Shown here piece by piece: positions 38,942 to 52,507 of a DNA stretch of 64,000 nt. The notes under the pieces are model-generated. The model was not told where the DNA came from. It searched no databases and worked only from the letters and a program-made list of their open reading frames with translations. Position 1 is the stretch's first letter; each line of letters opens with the position of its first letter. A program made the translations under genes and the position numbers. The DNA is taken from contig NC_087249.1 of the NCBI RefSeq assembly GCF_037042905.1, positions 52,204,001-52,268,000 on the forward strand, written 5' to 3'. Origin of the DNA: Lytechinus pictus (taxonomy: Eukaryota).

Positions 38942-39601
38942 TATGGAAGCTTAAAAGTGCCACCCAGATGTTCAAATAACCATCTCGTCATGTCTACATC
39001 TCTTAGGGAAAAGGATAAGATGACGAGATCTCGGATCTCGTCATGTCTACATCCCGTAGAAGAGATGATCAGATTGCAAGATCTTGGATCTCGTCATGTC
39101 TACATCTTTTAGAAGAGATGATCAGATGGCAAGATCTTGGATCTCGTCATGTCTACCTCTTTTAGAAGAGATAATCAGATCTCAATAATTATCTTGGATC
39201 CGAGATCTTACCATCTGATCATCTCTCCCACAACATGTAGACATGACGAGATCCAAAATCATATCATCTGATCATCTCTCCCATAGGATGTAGACAGACG
39301 AGATCCAAGATCTTGCCATCTGATCATCTCTCACACAGGATGTAGACATGACGAGATCCAAGATCTTGTCATCTGATCATCTCTCACACGGGATGTAGAC
39401 ATGACGAGATCTAAGAGCTTATCATATGATCATTTCTTCCACGGGATGTAGACATGACGAGATCCAAGATCTTGCCATCTGATCATCTCTCACACGGGAT
39501 GTAGACATGACAATATCTAAGATCTTATCCTTTTCCCTAAGAGATGTAAACATGACGAGATGATTATCTGAACATCTGGGTGGCACTTGTAAGCTTCCAT
39601 A
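38942..39601. mobile_element. Foldback-type element with inverted arrays of 53-bp units
   Basis: ~80-bp TIRs TATGGAAGCTT...AAGCTTCCATA; repeated GATCTCGTCATGTCTACATC units, inverted in the right arm; flanks GTAACG/GCAACG. Confidence 0.8.
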
Positions 39602-41080
39602 GCAACGTAAACGCTAACGACCACAAATGTGTACTCTTATTCCGAAGACGCAAGTCATGAATATTCATATTGGGGTTCGGAACTGCGGTGGAAACAATAA
39701 TTTTAAGTCATTACGTATTGAAGTTAATGACGTCTTGAATTAGTGATGTATCAAATTGAACAAATCTTAGTTAAAATAAGTAAAACGTCTTTAGAGTATG
39801 TGGGCCAATCAGAAAGCATATTATATTGAAAGAAATTGGGTAAATTAATGCAAACAACTTATGGCAACCCTCTTGTAAATGATAAACAGTAAAAGAAAAG
39901 AAAATAAGATGATAATATTCTCTCATTGTCATTTCTTGCACTATATATATATATATGCTTAATGAGTATATTTAATCCATCCATCAATCGCTCAATAAAG
40001 ATATAACAGTACAGGCTGATCTTCGAATGATCTTTACAGTGCGTAATACAATATTCATACTTATCCAAAAACAAACATATTTTCTAGATTTAAAAAGAAG
40101 CTTTCATTGTATCAGACGACTTTTTGTTCGAAGCACTTAGCACTGAACCCGAGACCCCAAACTTATCACTATCTACTATAGGCTGGTGTTTTCCGATTAA
40201 ATGGGGGGGGGGGGCTTTACTGAGCTAGAAGATTATTTTCCATCGGCGGCAGATAGGCCTACAATCAGAAAAGGTATGTAACTCCGTAAATCAGGGACAG
40301 CCTTTTTATGTTAAAAAATCCAAATTTCGAGACAATATGCTTTCATCTTGTGCCTCAATTTCTTTGATCTGATAACCCTTTATCAAAATGGTATCGTGAT
40401 CTAGTTAACTTTTTAAAATCTGACATTCTACGACAATGGATGTCCGTAATGCGAAGGACTTGCTTGAAAGTATTTTCGGTCTGACCAAGAGCCGCGATGT
40501 CACGATCTTGCCTTAAGACCTGTTTGCAATACAGGGGCGGATCCAGCTTTCATCAATCGAGGGGGGGGGGGGAGCGAAGGGCGGGAAAGTTTTTCAGCCA
40601 TATTTTCCCCTATCGGCCGCCGCTGAAAGCTTATTTTTCTAGTTCATTATATGGGGTATCCTAACTAAAGTCTTAAGTTTTAAATATACCCAGTTGTTGT
40701 GTCTCCAGGCGGTATGTGTCGGAGCAATCGATTTTAGACAGCCATTTTGGAAAAGTTAACATGCAAAGTTTAATCAATTTTTTATAGAAAGTGTTAGGAA
40801 AAAGGCCCATTATAAAGAACAAAATTGACGAAGATTATTTATTGAATTCATTTTTTTCTTGCGTAATCTAAAGACAAAAAGACCGGGCAAAAAGAAGACT
40901 CCAAAACTGTAGTGTCCGGACACCGTACGACACCCCCCCCCCCCCATCCTACCACCGGCGTAAATCCAAGCAGAGGACGGGGCGGTGAACCTATTGTTGG
41001 GGGGAGTGGTGATCTATTGAATGATGATCCACTCGAATGGTATCGCTTCACGGATTTACGTCAGTGCATCCTACATCTAA

Positions 41081-41510
41081 AGCCCCCATCACACTTATTC
41101 GGAATCAGCAGGAATCAAGCAGAAGCTGGAAAGAAAAAATATTCAAAAAATCTAGAAATTTTTGGGAGGAACTTATGAATTCACCAACTGGAGTTGAAAT
41201 TCAGTAAATTGACCAGGTGTATCATCATACACTAGTCAAAATGAACCGCAATGGAGTCAGATTGATAATTCGTGCTACGTTCTTGGACATTCTATGGGCA
41301 TTCTAAATATCCTGACTGCATTCTGAGTGCATTCGAAATATTTTTTGTCATTTCTTTTGGCCGTCCCGAAGGTTTTGGTCATGTTCAAAACATTCGAGGG
41401 ATATTTTCGAACGGTGTTCGGAGTAGATTTAAATGACCAACTGATGGTCAAACAATAGTCCTTTCATTCAGGCCAATTCTGCTTGATTCGGAATAAGTGT
41501 GATGGGGGCT
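41081..41510. mobile_element. PIF/Harbinger MITE
   Basis: TIRs AGCCCCCATCACACTTATTC / GAATAAGTGTGATGGGGGCT; TAA/TTA flanks. Confidence 0.8.
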
Positions 41511-41858
41511 TTAGCGTTATTCTTATCTCATATTTATATTGCGCATGCGAGAGAACGAACGAGGTCTGCACAACCTCGATGCGCTCCAGTTAACTCGTAT
41601 AGTTAGACGCCTTTCGGTCTGAGGTTCGGATCAAGCTCTGCTTTAATGTTTTTCCGTGAACGCCAGTTTTGTACCGCGGAATTATAATACGTTGAACAGG
41701 AAGGTTATTCGCTATCTTGTGGACAGCATGCTATCAATATCATCTGATTTTAATGCTGGGTAAGTTAATGCATCTTCCATTCTAGAATCATTGACTTTGG
41801 CCTATTGGGCATGATAATGATGCCTGCATACGATTTTGTATGACTGATGAGTGACGTA

Positions 41859-41956
41859 CAGGTGGTTGGTCAGACGTCCCGGATTTTAGGGGACAGTCCT
41901 CTGCCTCACCAATTTGTCCCGCGTTCCGAATATGGCTCTGTCCGCGCATCCCGCGC
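41859..41956 (+). mobile_element. Probable hAT terminus fragment fused to the GS-like pseudogene
   Basis: caggtggttggtcagacgtcccgga...gggacagtcc with GTCCC subterminal repeats. Confidence 0.4.
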
Positions 41957-42855
41957 CGGAAACCCATTGATGATGTTTCAACATCCGGTCTACGATTCGG
42001 CTGGCTGCTTGTGAAGATATAGTGTACACCTTTTTGGATGGATTGATAGGTGCTGGTGTTGATATGGAATGCGCAGAGACCGAGTACGGCCCAGGGCAAA
42101 TTGCGATGTCCTACAGACCAGCGTTTGAGATTCGAGCAACGGACAACGCTCATACTTACAAGACAGGAATTAAGGAGATGGCTATCAAGAATGGCTTCAT
42201 GGCAACCTTCATGTCCAAGCCATTCCCCAACAGGAGTGGATCAGCTTGTCATTTCTGTCATTCATTGTGGGACATCCCAGGTGAGACACCTCTACTCTAC
42301 GATGCCGACCGTCCTAAAGGGCTAACATCCGTTGGTGAACATTGGGTTGCGGGTCTCCTCGAGCACACTCCTGCAATCTCTTTGCTTATGGCACCGACTA
42401 TCAACTGCCTAAAGCGATATCTCCCAAACTCCTTTGCACCATCCAATGCAACGTGGGGCATAGACAATTGCACGTGCGCTTTCCGAGTAATACTGAATGG
42501 TAAAGAAGGTACCTATATCGAGAATCAATTATGGGCCAGTGGTTGCAATCCTTACATCTCCTTAGCTGCTACCGTTGCTGCAGGAATGGATGGTATCAAA
42601 AGGAAGCTTCCATTGCCACCCAGTGTCAAAGAAACCGGAAATGCCTACAACCTTGAGGACATCCCACCTGGTACTGCAAACGTTCCAACCGATATGGAAG
42701 AAGCCATGAGAACCCTCCAAGCAGACGATGTCATTACTTCGGCTATTGGGAAAGAGTTTATAGAATGCTTCCTTGCTGCAAAGAGACATGAAATTCTTCT
42801 ACAAGAAAAGAATGAAGAAAATAGGGAACAAGATCTCTTCTTTGAATACATGTAG
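41957..42855 (+). pseudogene. 5'-truncated tandem duplicate of the lengsin-like gene
   Basis: Homology starts at cggaaacccattgatga; 1-bp deletion near 41977; substitutions GQIEI->GQIAM, DNRT->DNCT, IENR->IENQ; 3'UTR homology continues to ~43160. Confidence 0.88.
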
Positions 42856-43400
42856 AGCTGAGATAAGATCATAAATACTTTAGGCGCAGTGATTTATGTT
42901 ATACGTGGTACTCAGATTGGTATATCATTCCCTTAATTTGATCTGTGATCAGTTCTATGAGTGTGGACTCTCTGAGAGATTTATGGATACATATTTATTT
43001 TTTATCTTTCAATAAATGTATCGATATAATGACATTTATTAAGACAGTGACATTTACCTCGCCACAGTACTCAGGATTTATATTTTATGAAAATACTACA
43101 TTGTGATTTTTACCACAGGGTCATTTTCCAATTGATTAGGTTATTTCCTATTTACCTCTTATTCAAGGTAGTATGCATCTCGCCATGTCGAAATATATTT
43201 TTGTTCAATCTATTTTCTTTTATTAATTTGATTCGGTGAGATAATAAATGTGGTCCTGTCTACTAACAATAATTATTTAGATTAAGTCGCCGTAATGACA
43301 TAAGTATCTTTACAAGTCGATAAATTAAGGATAATAATATTCCGCATTTATATAGCGCTTAACACGTCGGGACGACATCTCTAAGTGCTTTACAGATATA

Positions 43401-46400
43401 TTTCATTTCATTTCGTTTATTTCCATTTTCAACAATTACAGTTTATTTTGTACATTTTAACATACAAATAACAAAACATATTTCAAGTATTCCTGTACAA
43501 AAATTATATTCAATATTATTACATATCAGGTTGGAAATGGAGGAGGCTGCTAAAAAGCGGAGCTTGTAGAGTGCAGCCTCCTAATAAATATTCTTGTAGT
43601 TGCATAACATATAAAAATTAAAATAACAACTAGAGCATGAACCAGTTAAATTAAAAGGAAATAGGGGAAATTAAAATAGAAAAGGAAATAAAAAAAAGAG
43701 AGATTAAAGGTCTCCAGAATCCAGCCCCAGCACTCACAGACGGACCTCGTTGATCAACAGGAAAACGAAAGAGATGGAAAAGCGTACGTGACATGATAAT
43801 CATGTTTGATTTAAAAAAAATACAAGAGTTTGAGTGATGAAGAGTTAAATTCAATGGTTATCTTGGAGAAATTTTTTAAACTTATATTTGAAAGAATTAA
43901 GGCTTGGTGATTCTTTGATGTTTTTATTAATAGTTCCCCAGAGTCTAGGGCCTTCAAAAGTAAAAATAGATTTTGCAAGGATGGTCCGGGGTAGTGGTAA
44001 GTGGAATTCATCTGATTGACGTGTGGGATATTTGTGAAGAGTTTTGTTTTTGTTAAATGAAGAATTAAATATGAATGGTAACATATTATTGTTTAACTGA
44101 TACATGAATTGACCTAAGTTATATTGGTACAGTGTTTTTGTATCGCCTGCATAGCAGAGCGAGACTATAGGCGCCGCTTTTCCGACGGCGGCGGCGGCGG
44201 CGGCGGCGGCGTCAACATCAAATCTTAACCTAAGGTTAAGTTTTTGAAATGACATCATAACTTAGAAAGTATATGGACCTAGTTCATGAAACTTGGACAT
44301 AAGGTTAATCAAGTATTACTGAATATCCTGCCTGAGTTTCAGGTCACATGACCAAGGTCAAAGGTCATTTAGGGTCAATGAACTTAGACCATGTTGGGAA
44401 AATTATTTTCAAAATCTTAACCGAAGGTTAAGTTTTGGAAATGACATCATAACTTAAAAAGTATATGGACCTAGTTCATGAAACTTGGGCATAAGGTTAA
44501 TCAAGTATTAGTGAACATCCTGCTCGAGTTTCAGGTCACGTGACCAAGGTCAAAGGTCATTTAGGGTCAATGAACTTTGGTCAAGTTGGGGGTATTTGTT
44601 GAATTACTATCATAACTTTGAAAATTTATGGATCTAGTCCATGAAACTTAGACATAAGGTTAATCAAGTATTAGTGAACATCCTGCCTGAGTTTCAGGTC
44701 ACATGACCAAGGTCAAAGGTCATTTAGGGTCAATGAACTTTGGCCAAGTTTGGGGGTATTTGTTGAATTACCATCATAACTTTGAAAATTTATGGATTTA
44801 GTTCATGAAACCTGGACATTAGGTTAATCAAGTACCACTGAATATCCTGTGCGAGTTTCAGGTCACATGACCATGGTCAATGGTCATTTAAGGTCAATGA
44901 ACTTTGGCCGTGTTGGGGGTATATGTTAAATTACCATCCTAGCTCTGAAAGTTTATGGATCTAGTTCATAAAACTTGGACATAAGAGTAATCAAGTATCA
45001 CTGAACATCTTGTACGAGTTTCAGGTCACATGACCATGGTCAAAGGTCATTAAAGGTCAATGAACTTTGGCCGTGTTGGGGGTATTTGTTGAATTACCAT
45101 CCTAACTGTGAAAGTTTATGGATCTAGTTCATAAAACTTGGGATATAAGAGTAATCAAGCATCACTGAACATCCCCTGTGAGTTTCAGGTCACAAAACCA
45201 AGTCAAAGGTCAATAAACTTAGGCCATGTTGGGGTAATTGTTGAAGTGCCATCATAACTTTGAAAGTTTATGGATAGAGTGAATGAAATGTGGACATGGG
45301 TGTAGTTGACAGTCTTAAGTCTCCGTTCAAATGTCATTTATGGTCAATGAACGTGGTATTATGTCATAATATGAATGATGTTTTTGTGAATGATTATTTT
45401 ATAGTAGTTTTCAAAGTTAGCACTGCTGCTATATTAAATTGCGTAATGCAGGCGAGACTGCCAGAGGCGTTCCACTTGTTATTTTTAGAATGTTATTGTT
45501 AAAAACAACTCATCTGTGTGAGATCTCCAGGACAAGTTGAAAATAACACGCAATGCCTTCTTTTGTAAAAGTAATATTCTATCAAGGTAGGTTGAGTGTG
45601 TATTTCCCCAAACAATTGCTCCATAATTTAAATATGGTAAAATTAATGTTGAATAAAGCATTTTTAGGGAGGAAGTTGGAAGAAAAAACTTAACTTTGTA
45701 TATAACACCAATATTGCGTGAAATTGTATGACATATAAAGTCAATGTGTGTTTTCCAAGATAATTTGTTGTCTATTATGAGACCTAAAAATTTTGTTGTA
45801 GTAACAACTTCAATGTCTTTATTGTCCAATTTGATATGAAATGGCAATTGTTCTAAAGAATTGCTAAAAAGCATGCATTTCGTTTTTTGTACATTAATTG
45901 ACAATTTGTTAGCCCTAATCCATTGTACCAATTTATCCAGTTCAGTGTTCAGTACATTTATTAAAATATCGGGGTTAGGATGAGAGTATAGTACATTTGA
46001 ATCATCTGCAAAAAGGACATAAGATAATATTTCAGAGGAGTTCTGGATGTCATTTATATAGATTATAAATAAAAGAGGGCCCAGGAGGCTGCCTTGGGGA
46101 ACACCCCAGTTAACATTTTGTAGAGAAGAATTTTTTTTCATTTATGCTTACGAATTGTTTACGATTTACGAGGTAGTTTCTGAACCACTCCAAGGCCTTC
46201 CCACGAACTCCGTAATTTTCAAGTTTGTAGAGCAGTATTTCATGATTTATAGTGTCAAAGGCCTTGGAGAGGTCCAGAAAAACACCTATTGTATGTTCAA
46301 AGTTGTCAATAGCTTTTGTGATTTTGTCAATAAATGAGAGAGTGGCATGAGATGTTTTTGGCGAAATCCAAATTGAAAATCAGAGATTATATTATATTTA

Positions 46401-47170
46401 TTCAAAAAATTTAATAATCTTGTGTAGATCACCCTTTCCATAACTTTAGACAAAGTAGGTAATAAAGCTATCGGTCTATAGTTACATACATTAATCTTTT
46501 CTCCTTTTTTGTGCACTGGTATTATCTTTGATATTTTCATATTGTCAGGCGCGACGCCATTACTTAAAGAAAGGTTGAATATGTATACTAATGGATCAAC
46601 AATATATTCTATAACATTCTTTAATAAAATATTGTCAATACCATCGTGACCACAGCTTTTTTTGTTTTTTAAGTTGTTCACTATATCTATTATTTCATTT
46701 CTATGTACTGGTACTAAAAATAAAGAATTAGGGTTTGGTTGGTGAATGAAATCCGTAATTTTTTTTTGTGTTAATGGTATATTGTCTGCAAGACTTTTTC
46801 CAATTTGTGTAAAGTATTGATTAAATATATCAGCTATACGAAAAGAATCATGAATTTCAACATTATTGTGCTTTATTGTTTTTATGCGTGCTTTTGTGCT
46901 TTGTTTATTTATGGCAGTGTTTATTGTTTTCCATGTTTTATTGATGTCGTGTTTGAAACGAATTAATTGATTTGTGAAATATTTCCGTTTTTCACTCCGC
47001 AATAATTTAGTGAGGGTATTTTTATATGTAGTATATTTACGATGTGACTTTTCTGAGCGATTAATTTTATCGGCATAGTATAAGTTATTTTTGCGATTTA
47101 TTGATCGTAATATTGATTTCGATATCCAAGGAAGTCTTGGACTCTTTTTATAATTATTACATTTACTGAC
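43401..47170 (-). mobile_element. 5'-truncated L2/CR1-group LINE, interrupted by a Helentron-like element
   Basis: PWIS...NYRPIA...QFGFR (46286-47170), GVPQGSLLGP/FADDS (45485-46141), C-terminus (43851-44135), (GAAAT)n tail at ~43401. Confidence 0.92.
44136..45480 (+). mobile_element. Non-autonomous Helentron/DINE-like element, copy 2, with ~162-bp tandem units
   Basis: Inserted in a T-run with no TSD; the LINE reads ILKI|KTLYQ across it. Subterminal inverted repeat TCGCCTGCA/TGCAGGCGA; (GGC)n near the 5' end. Confidence 0.78.
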
Positions 47171-48081
47171 CAATGGTACATTATTATTACCCCAGTCATC
47201 GGATCCTTGCATGCCCGCATACAATGCATGCACCTTCTCCTCTCCCTGGGGAGCATTCCAACAAGAGTTCCAAGACTCAATTGCTAGGCATACTACATAT
47301 AGTCTTTCGCATCCTACCGGGTACCCATTTAACACCTGGGTGGAGAGTGGCAAAATTGTGGATTGACGCCTTGCCAAAGGACGCTAGACCATAGTGGGAT
47401 TCGAACACACGACCCTCAGTCCTTTTATTTTAATTTTTTTATATAATTGTGCAATATCAACAGTCTTTGTGCAGTATATAGGCCTATATTATTTTTCGAA
47501 TTCGTCTTCGACCTCTTTCATATCCCTTCTTTTTGTTTATCTCCATTTTTTTTCTTTCTCTCCAACTCTCTCCCCTCCCTCTCTCTCTCTTTCTTTATTT
47601 CTTTCTTCCTTTCTTTCTTTCTATCTTTATTTCTGCTTTTTATCTTTCCTTCATATCAATAAACGAATATAGGTGTGTTTTTTGGCTATAGAAAGATATT
47701 AAATTACAGAGTGTGGGAGTGGAAACGATGGGAAACATAATTCAGAGAATTGAAAGTAGGATGAAGATGTTAATAGAGAAGGTCGGAGGGATGGAAAAGA
47801 TATCTAAGCATGCGACGGAGATCGGATTAATTAGTTCGTTTTAATAAAAGCAGAAAAAAATTGAAAAAAAAAGATTTTATTAAAAATCCGTCAAATAATA
47901 ACGGAATTATGATTTTTTTTAAGTTTTTGTTTTTTATACAAGCAGTTCATCCATCTTTCGTGTCGTGTGATATAGATATCATAAAATGCAATTTTCTTTA
48001 TTGAAAGGGATTTTATTTGTGGGGTGATTCTTATTTAGACAAATCGTTTTATATCCCCTTCTATAAAAAGAAAAGTATATA

Positions 48082-49071
48082 CAGTGCGTATCAAAAAAAA
48101 GTTAACACTTAGAAAAATTCCTGTAAAATTATACATTTGTAATGTCCTGAATATTTTTCCATATTTTAACATTGGTACTGATCCAATTAAGCAAATGACG
48201 ATATAACTGTCGAAAAATATTTCCGCTTGAGTAAGCACCACTTACTTTTGAAAAGTTAGTGAAAATGATTTGCGCAGAACTTTGAAATAGTTATGCGAAT
48301 AAAAGTAGACCTTAATCATGAAGAACACGTGGAATTTAAATAGCAAAATTGATTTGAAGATATCTTTTACATTTTTAAACTTGTTTCCTTGCCCAAAACT
48401 CTTCGAAGAGTGCATTGCGCCCCACCCACTGCCCCACACACCGAGGCCATCGTGACGATATTTGCTTTACACTGAGCTGTGATTTACATGAAATGGCTTA
48501 GGCTTGATTTTCATTTTGTTAATCATTGTCAAGCTTTGGAAAAGTGTGGAGAAACAAGTATTAAATGGAAAATGAAATGTAAACCCACTTTAAATGATAA
48601 AAACTTAGTGAAAAAATGCTGGAGATGTCTGATATAACCTTTTTTTTCCCGATTCAGTTATGTCCTCAGATCCAGCTGGCACAAAAAGGGTAAATGTTGT
48701 GCTTACTAAGTGTTAAAATTTCAATTTGGGTGGCAAAATTGTTACAAAATGCTTGAATGTATCCTTTTTTATTTCAATCGACTAAAAGTGCAAGGGAAAT
48801 GTATGAGAAATGTTTCGCAGGGTAAGTTTGATTTCGCCCTTTCCCCTTGACACAGCGTGAAAACGAGCATTTCTGCGCAAACAGATTTCTGCGAGCTTTA
48901 CAAAAATTGACAGTGCTCACTCAAGTGTAACATTCTGCCAAAACTTTTACTTTCATTGAATAGATGAGACCCAAACCCAAGATTATATGTGAAAAAATTA
49001 CCTACATGTTGTATATTTTTTTAATTCCCAGGGCTTTTTCAAAGCGTAACCTTTTTTTTTGATACGCACTG
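48082..49071. mobile_element. Tc1/mariner-type non-autonomous element
   Basis: TA|CAGTGCGTATCAAAAAAAA...TTTTTTGATACGCACTG|TA. Confidence 0.88.
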
Positions 49072-49095
49072 TATATATATATATATATATATATA

Positions 49096-49286
49096 TTTAT
49101 CCACATTGTGCTGCACTCGACCCAGGTGAGGTGAATGGGTAACCGGCAGGATTAAGTCCTTGAATGCATGAGCGCTGAAAGGCAGCTCGAGCTATAAAGC
49201 CGGGGTATAATAATAATAACAACGCGCCTCGGAATAGAATATTTTTAGATAGATGGCGCTATATAAATGCCTATTATTATTATTAT
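49096..49286 (+). mobile_element. 5'-truncated SINE with an L2-like tail
   Basis: gctgcactcgacccaggtgaggtgaatgggta...gcgctatataaatgcc(tat)n. Confidence 0.65.
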
Positions 49287-50588
49287 ATATTTATTCATCA
49301 GTGTTCCATTCAACGAAAAATGAATGTCTGCTCGCATATGACGTCACAAAATAAGGACAAACAATACAAAAATAATAATTATCTTGTTCTTTGATGGATT
49401 TTCATCAAACCTTCACCTATATTTTTTCTATAATTCTTCAGCTTTGATTGAACCAACTTATCGTTTGGAGTGAACTTTCCCATTAAGATGTGTCAGAAAG
49501 GGTTGTATTAGAGAGGGGATAGAGGCTAGAGATAGGTAGAAAAATAGAAAGCTAGGGGAGAAATGAAATTCTTGCCACAGGGTACCCATCTGGGGTGCAT
49601 GTGGAGATTAGAGAGTATAATGTTTCAAGCACTACAGATGGGGAGAAGGGCTTGGGGTAGTCTGCTGTGCAAACCCTTCACTCGAATTAAGGGTCTGAAT
49701 GTGCAGCCTATTAATACCTTATGTACTGAAGGCCTGAATTGATACAGCAAGTTTTGGATGTGGTAGTCTTTGCGTGGAGACCCACTTGTTGATCAAAGTT
49801 TCAATCAGGGTCTGTGCCTGCAGACTAAGCTTGGGGCCATGGACCCTCCAAAAGTTTTACGACCACGAAAAAAAGGAAAGGGTGAGATATAATATAATTT
49901 TTCTTAATTTTATGTCAAATCACGAAATAACATTTTTTAACGTCAAAGTTTGTTGGATATTTTGCCCCGCGTTCACCATGTCTGGGGCCCTCCCAAAGAT
50001 GGCCCATTCCGTCACTGGCTATAAATCATTCGAAACACAGACCTTCACGTTCATACATAGATGGCAGATTAATCCTCTCTCTAGAAGTGTGGTTTTTCTC
50101 CCATCATCAATCTTAATTTATCATGTCAACCATAATATAGTTGATAACCGATATTTCATTCTTTCAAAAATAGGGCCGACTCGATCAATAAATAATATTG
50201 AAACAAATGTTTTTTTTTCAATTGATCGTGAAAAGGCCCTTCTTTGAAAGGATACTTTTTCGGCATATAATTTCTCAATGACTATAAATATTTTCAATGT
50301 CTCTTAATCTACCAAAAGAAATTGAAATATATTCACCCTTCCTTTCATTTCAAAAGGGAGACCGTTTCACAAACAACGCACTCTTTGAATAGATCAAGGG
50401 TTTACAAAAAGTTAACGTTTCAAATTTATTAATAGTAAGCTGCCCGCCGTATGCCTTTTTAATCTGTTCTCATACAATTCCAGTGTCACGACCCGCGAGT
50501 TATACGGACATAGGATTCAAGAGATTTTCCTTTTCTAACTTCTGGGGTTTATCAATAGAAACCATCATTATGACTCAGAACTTATTAC

Positions 50589-51005
50589 CCCGGGGGGGGG
50601 GGGGCAGTCAAATATATCGTTGTACACACGCGTGACCAAAAAAAAACGCGTGTAAAGTTTTTTTGTTCAGTTTTGGACGCGGGCGGCGCGCGCACTATAA
50701 GGGTATCAAAAACACCGATTTTCAAAAAAGGGGTAGTTTTGACAAACTGGTCAATGGTCAATCGCAGGGTCAAACGTATTTAGGGTATGTTTTTTCCCAA
50801 AGCTTTTTTTTAAGACTAGCCAAACGTGTTTAGGGTATGTTTTTCCCCCAAGCTTTTTACCCGGGGACATATTCTGACGACAACTTGTTTAGGGGCCAAA
50901 ATTTGTAAATAAAGCCCGAGAAAAACTCGTTTAGGAGGTGTTTGGAAATAATTTTAACACGCGTCTGTCATGTCTGTACAGCAATACATTTGACTGCCCC
51001 CCGGG
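50589..51005. mobile_element. MITE with CCCGGG termini and 8-bp TSD
   Basis: CCCGGGG..GCAGTCAAAT / ATTTGACTGCCCCCCGGG; TSD CTTATTAC. Confidence 0.8.
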
Positions 51006-51010
51006 CTTAT

Positions 51011-51268
51011 TACACTCTAAAAATATTGGGTAGAAATGCTCCATGAGGGTAATTATGTGTCCAATCAACATTGGTCATTTCTTTTGGGCATTTTTCAGTT
51101 ATCAAATGTGATGAAAATTTTGCCTATTCTAAAGTAATTGCTGCTTATTTTTTAACCTTACTGGACAATATGCTTCCAGCAATGGGTAAAATACTGCCCC
51201 CAATTGGTTGGACACATAATTACCCTCGTGCTGGTTATAATTTTACCCAATACTTTTTTTACAGTGTA
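51011..51268. mobile_element. MITE with TACACT...AGTGTA ends
   Basis: tacactctaaaaatattgggta / tacccaatacttttttacagtgta; internal inverted repeat gagggtaattatgtgtccaa. Confidence 0.75.
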
Positions 51269-52507
51269 GTGGTATAATCTCAAAACATATCAACATTAAG
51301 TGATATTCCTATACCGGAAGTTACCACATCAATTTTTTTGACATTTACTTTGGCATCTGCCATTGGGCATTTTCACGGTAACTGACGTTACACGGCACAA
51401 TTTTACACACTTCCCATTGTGTGTATGATTATCTCTAAAACAACAAATGATGGGAGTTTGCTTAAAAGCAATAATTTGTTGTTTTAGAGATAATCATACA
51501 CACAATGAAAAGTATATAAAATTTGTTTAATCTGTAATTGATACCCACGTCCTGTTTATATAATGACAATTTAGCACTACAGATTCATGACGTATACGAA
51601 CCCACAAATGTTTCGCTGCGGACATAACGTTACGGACGTTTCATTATTTTTTCTTACTTTGACATCCTAACGTTAATTTTAGAGACAAACATAATTTTGA
51701 AAACGAATATGGGTATAGTCAATAATTTTTGGTAAATTCTGAACTATGAAAACACATTGAAATCAATTCGTCAGAATTGGTAATTGTAGAGTAACACTTT
51801 GTTTTCGAGAAAAAAAATAATATGCAAGAACGTGCATTATATGCCTTAATAGGCTTCACCGTGTACTCAAATACCACTCAGATCTATTCTATGTTGTGGT
51901 ATGGATCCTAAATCTTTCACTACAGTTCATGTATTTTAACAGTTTTTACACATTTATGATTTCAAAAAAGGGAAACAGTTTCCTTGGAAATGTCTTTTTA
52001 GGGGGAAATATAAAATGACCTATCCTTCCATTCTACTATCAAGTATCATCATATCATCAAATCAAATCATAACTTCATTTATAGTATACTTGTATTTAAT
52101 TAAAGTCATCTATAAACCGATTTAGTATTGGTGTAGTCATTAGGATATAAGGGTTCAGGACCCACATCCCAGTCCATCACCGGCCAACAGAAAAAAAACT
52201 ATGCACTACCTGACATACTCTCTTTTATATCGTTTCTGCACAGCGTAATAACTTTCGACAAATATAGTGTACATTTTGAAGAAGTAATATATCACCGATG
52301 CATTGTAAAAGCTTAATATCTATATATAAATCAAACAAGATGAACACTCCTCTTCTCTAAACTACTTTATATGCCCTCTTGCTAATTATTTTCCCGACAT
52401 TTTTTTAATTCACACTTTAATCACGTTAAACCACGATTGATTAAAGGATATGAAAAAAGTACATCTCGTCACATAATTATCATCAGGCTATATAATTTTA
52501 TATCAAT

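Larger units (their letters stand above)
43330..47418 (-). mobile_element. tRNA-derived SINE split into a head (47175-47418) and a tail (43330-43400) by a LINE insertion
   Basis: B-box GTTCGAATCCCAC on the minus strand near 47400; body cccaggtgttaaatgggtacc; tail gcgctatataaatg...attattat. Confidence 0.65.

Noticed and set aside
39030-39530. CRISPR-like array
   Set aside because: The 'spacers' are homologous to one another, the arrays are inverted within TIRs, and the context is eukaryotic with no cas genes.
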